Source: Basidiobolus meristosporus CBS 931.73
Lineage: Eukaryota > Fungi > Basidiobolomycota
Direction: 5' to 3'
DNA length: 64,000 nt
Assembly (NCBI GenBank): GCA_002104905.1
Contig: MCFE01000340.1
Location: 27,854 to 91,853, forward strand
Part shown: positions 63,765 through 64,000 of the stretch, piece by piece
How positions within the stretch are numbered: the stretch's first letter is position 1
How the letters are laid out: each line of letters starts with the position of its first letter
Program-made: the position numbers and the translations under genes
Notes under the pieces: generated by a model
Databases searched by the model: none
Told to the model about the DNA's origin: nothing
The model's input: only the letters and a program-made list of their open reading frames with translations

Positions 63765-64000
63765 TTAGGGTTAGGGTTAGGGTTAGGGTTAGGGTTAGGG
63801 TTAGGGTTAGGGTTAGGGTTAGGGTTAGGGTTAGGGGTTAGGGTTAGGGTTAGGGTTAGGGTTAGGGTTAGGGTTAGGGTTAGGGTTAGGGTTAGGGTTA
63901 GGGTTAGGGTTAGGGTTAGGGTTAGGGTTAGGGTTAGGGTTAGGGTTAGGGTTAGGGTTAGGGTTAGGGTTAGGGTTAGGGTTAGGGTTAGGGTTAGGGT
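63765..64000 (+). repeat. Telomere, (TTAGGG)n, 39 units with one TTAGGGG variant at 63831
   Basis: Directly visible. The G-rich strand runs to the sequence end, as expected for a right chromosome arm. Confidence 0.98.

Noticed and set aside
63831-63837. TTAGGGG variant in the telomere as a meaningful signal
   Set aside because: A single homopolymer-length variant cannot be distinguished from sequencing error or telomerase slippage.

Overview
Right-hand end of a fungal chromosome. It is eukaryotic, with short 55-81 nt GT-AG introns and a Zn2Cys6 factor; the gene content suggests an early-diverging fungus, but the taxon cannot be fixed from this window. The window ends in about 39 TTAGGG repeats (63765-64000). 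Six host genes are supported: a bromodomain-like/protein-kinase gene, a large CH-CH/coiled-coil/GAR cytolinker, PUS7, a Zn2Cys6 transcription factor, a CHK2/Cds1-type FHA kinase and an intron-rich ULP2-type SUMO protease. A nested LTR-retrotransposon cluster (about 15.9-32.9 kb) holds a young Ty3 copy inactivated largely by CpG mutations. The main result is the last 11.4 kb: a head-to-tail array of eight minus-strand non-LTR retroelement units. These are three RT lineages (one with an APE endonuclease), one ORF1-only unit and two non-coding units. Their 5' ends face the telomere, the RT units are 5'-truncated, and none has a poly(A) tail. Seven units end in 1-2 telomere repeats (CCCTAA in transcript sense), and six of these share an AATAAA + TCACC/GGTGA hairpin + C-run module. 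The distal unit is capped by the telomere directly at its RT 'LFADD' motif. The coding units are almost free of CpG, and the longest appears to join ORF1 to ORF2 through an in-frame UGA-CUA. A speculative telomerase-RNA-like core lies at about 35.2-35.4 kb. All alignments and counts were done by eye.
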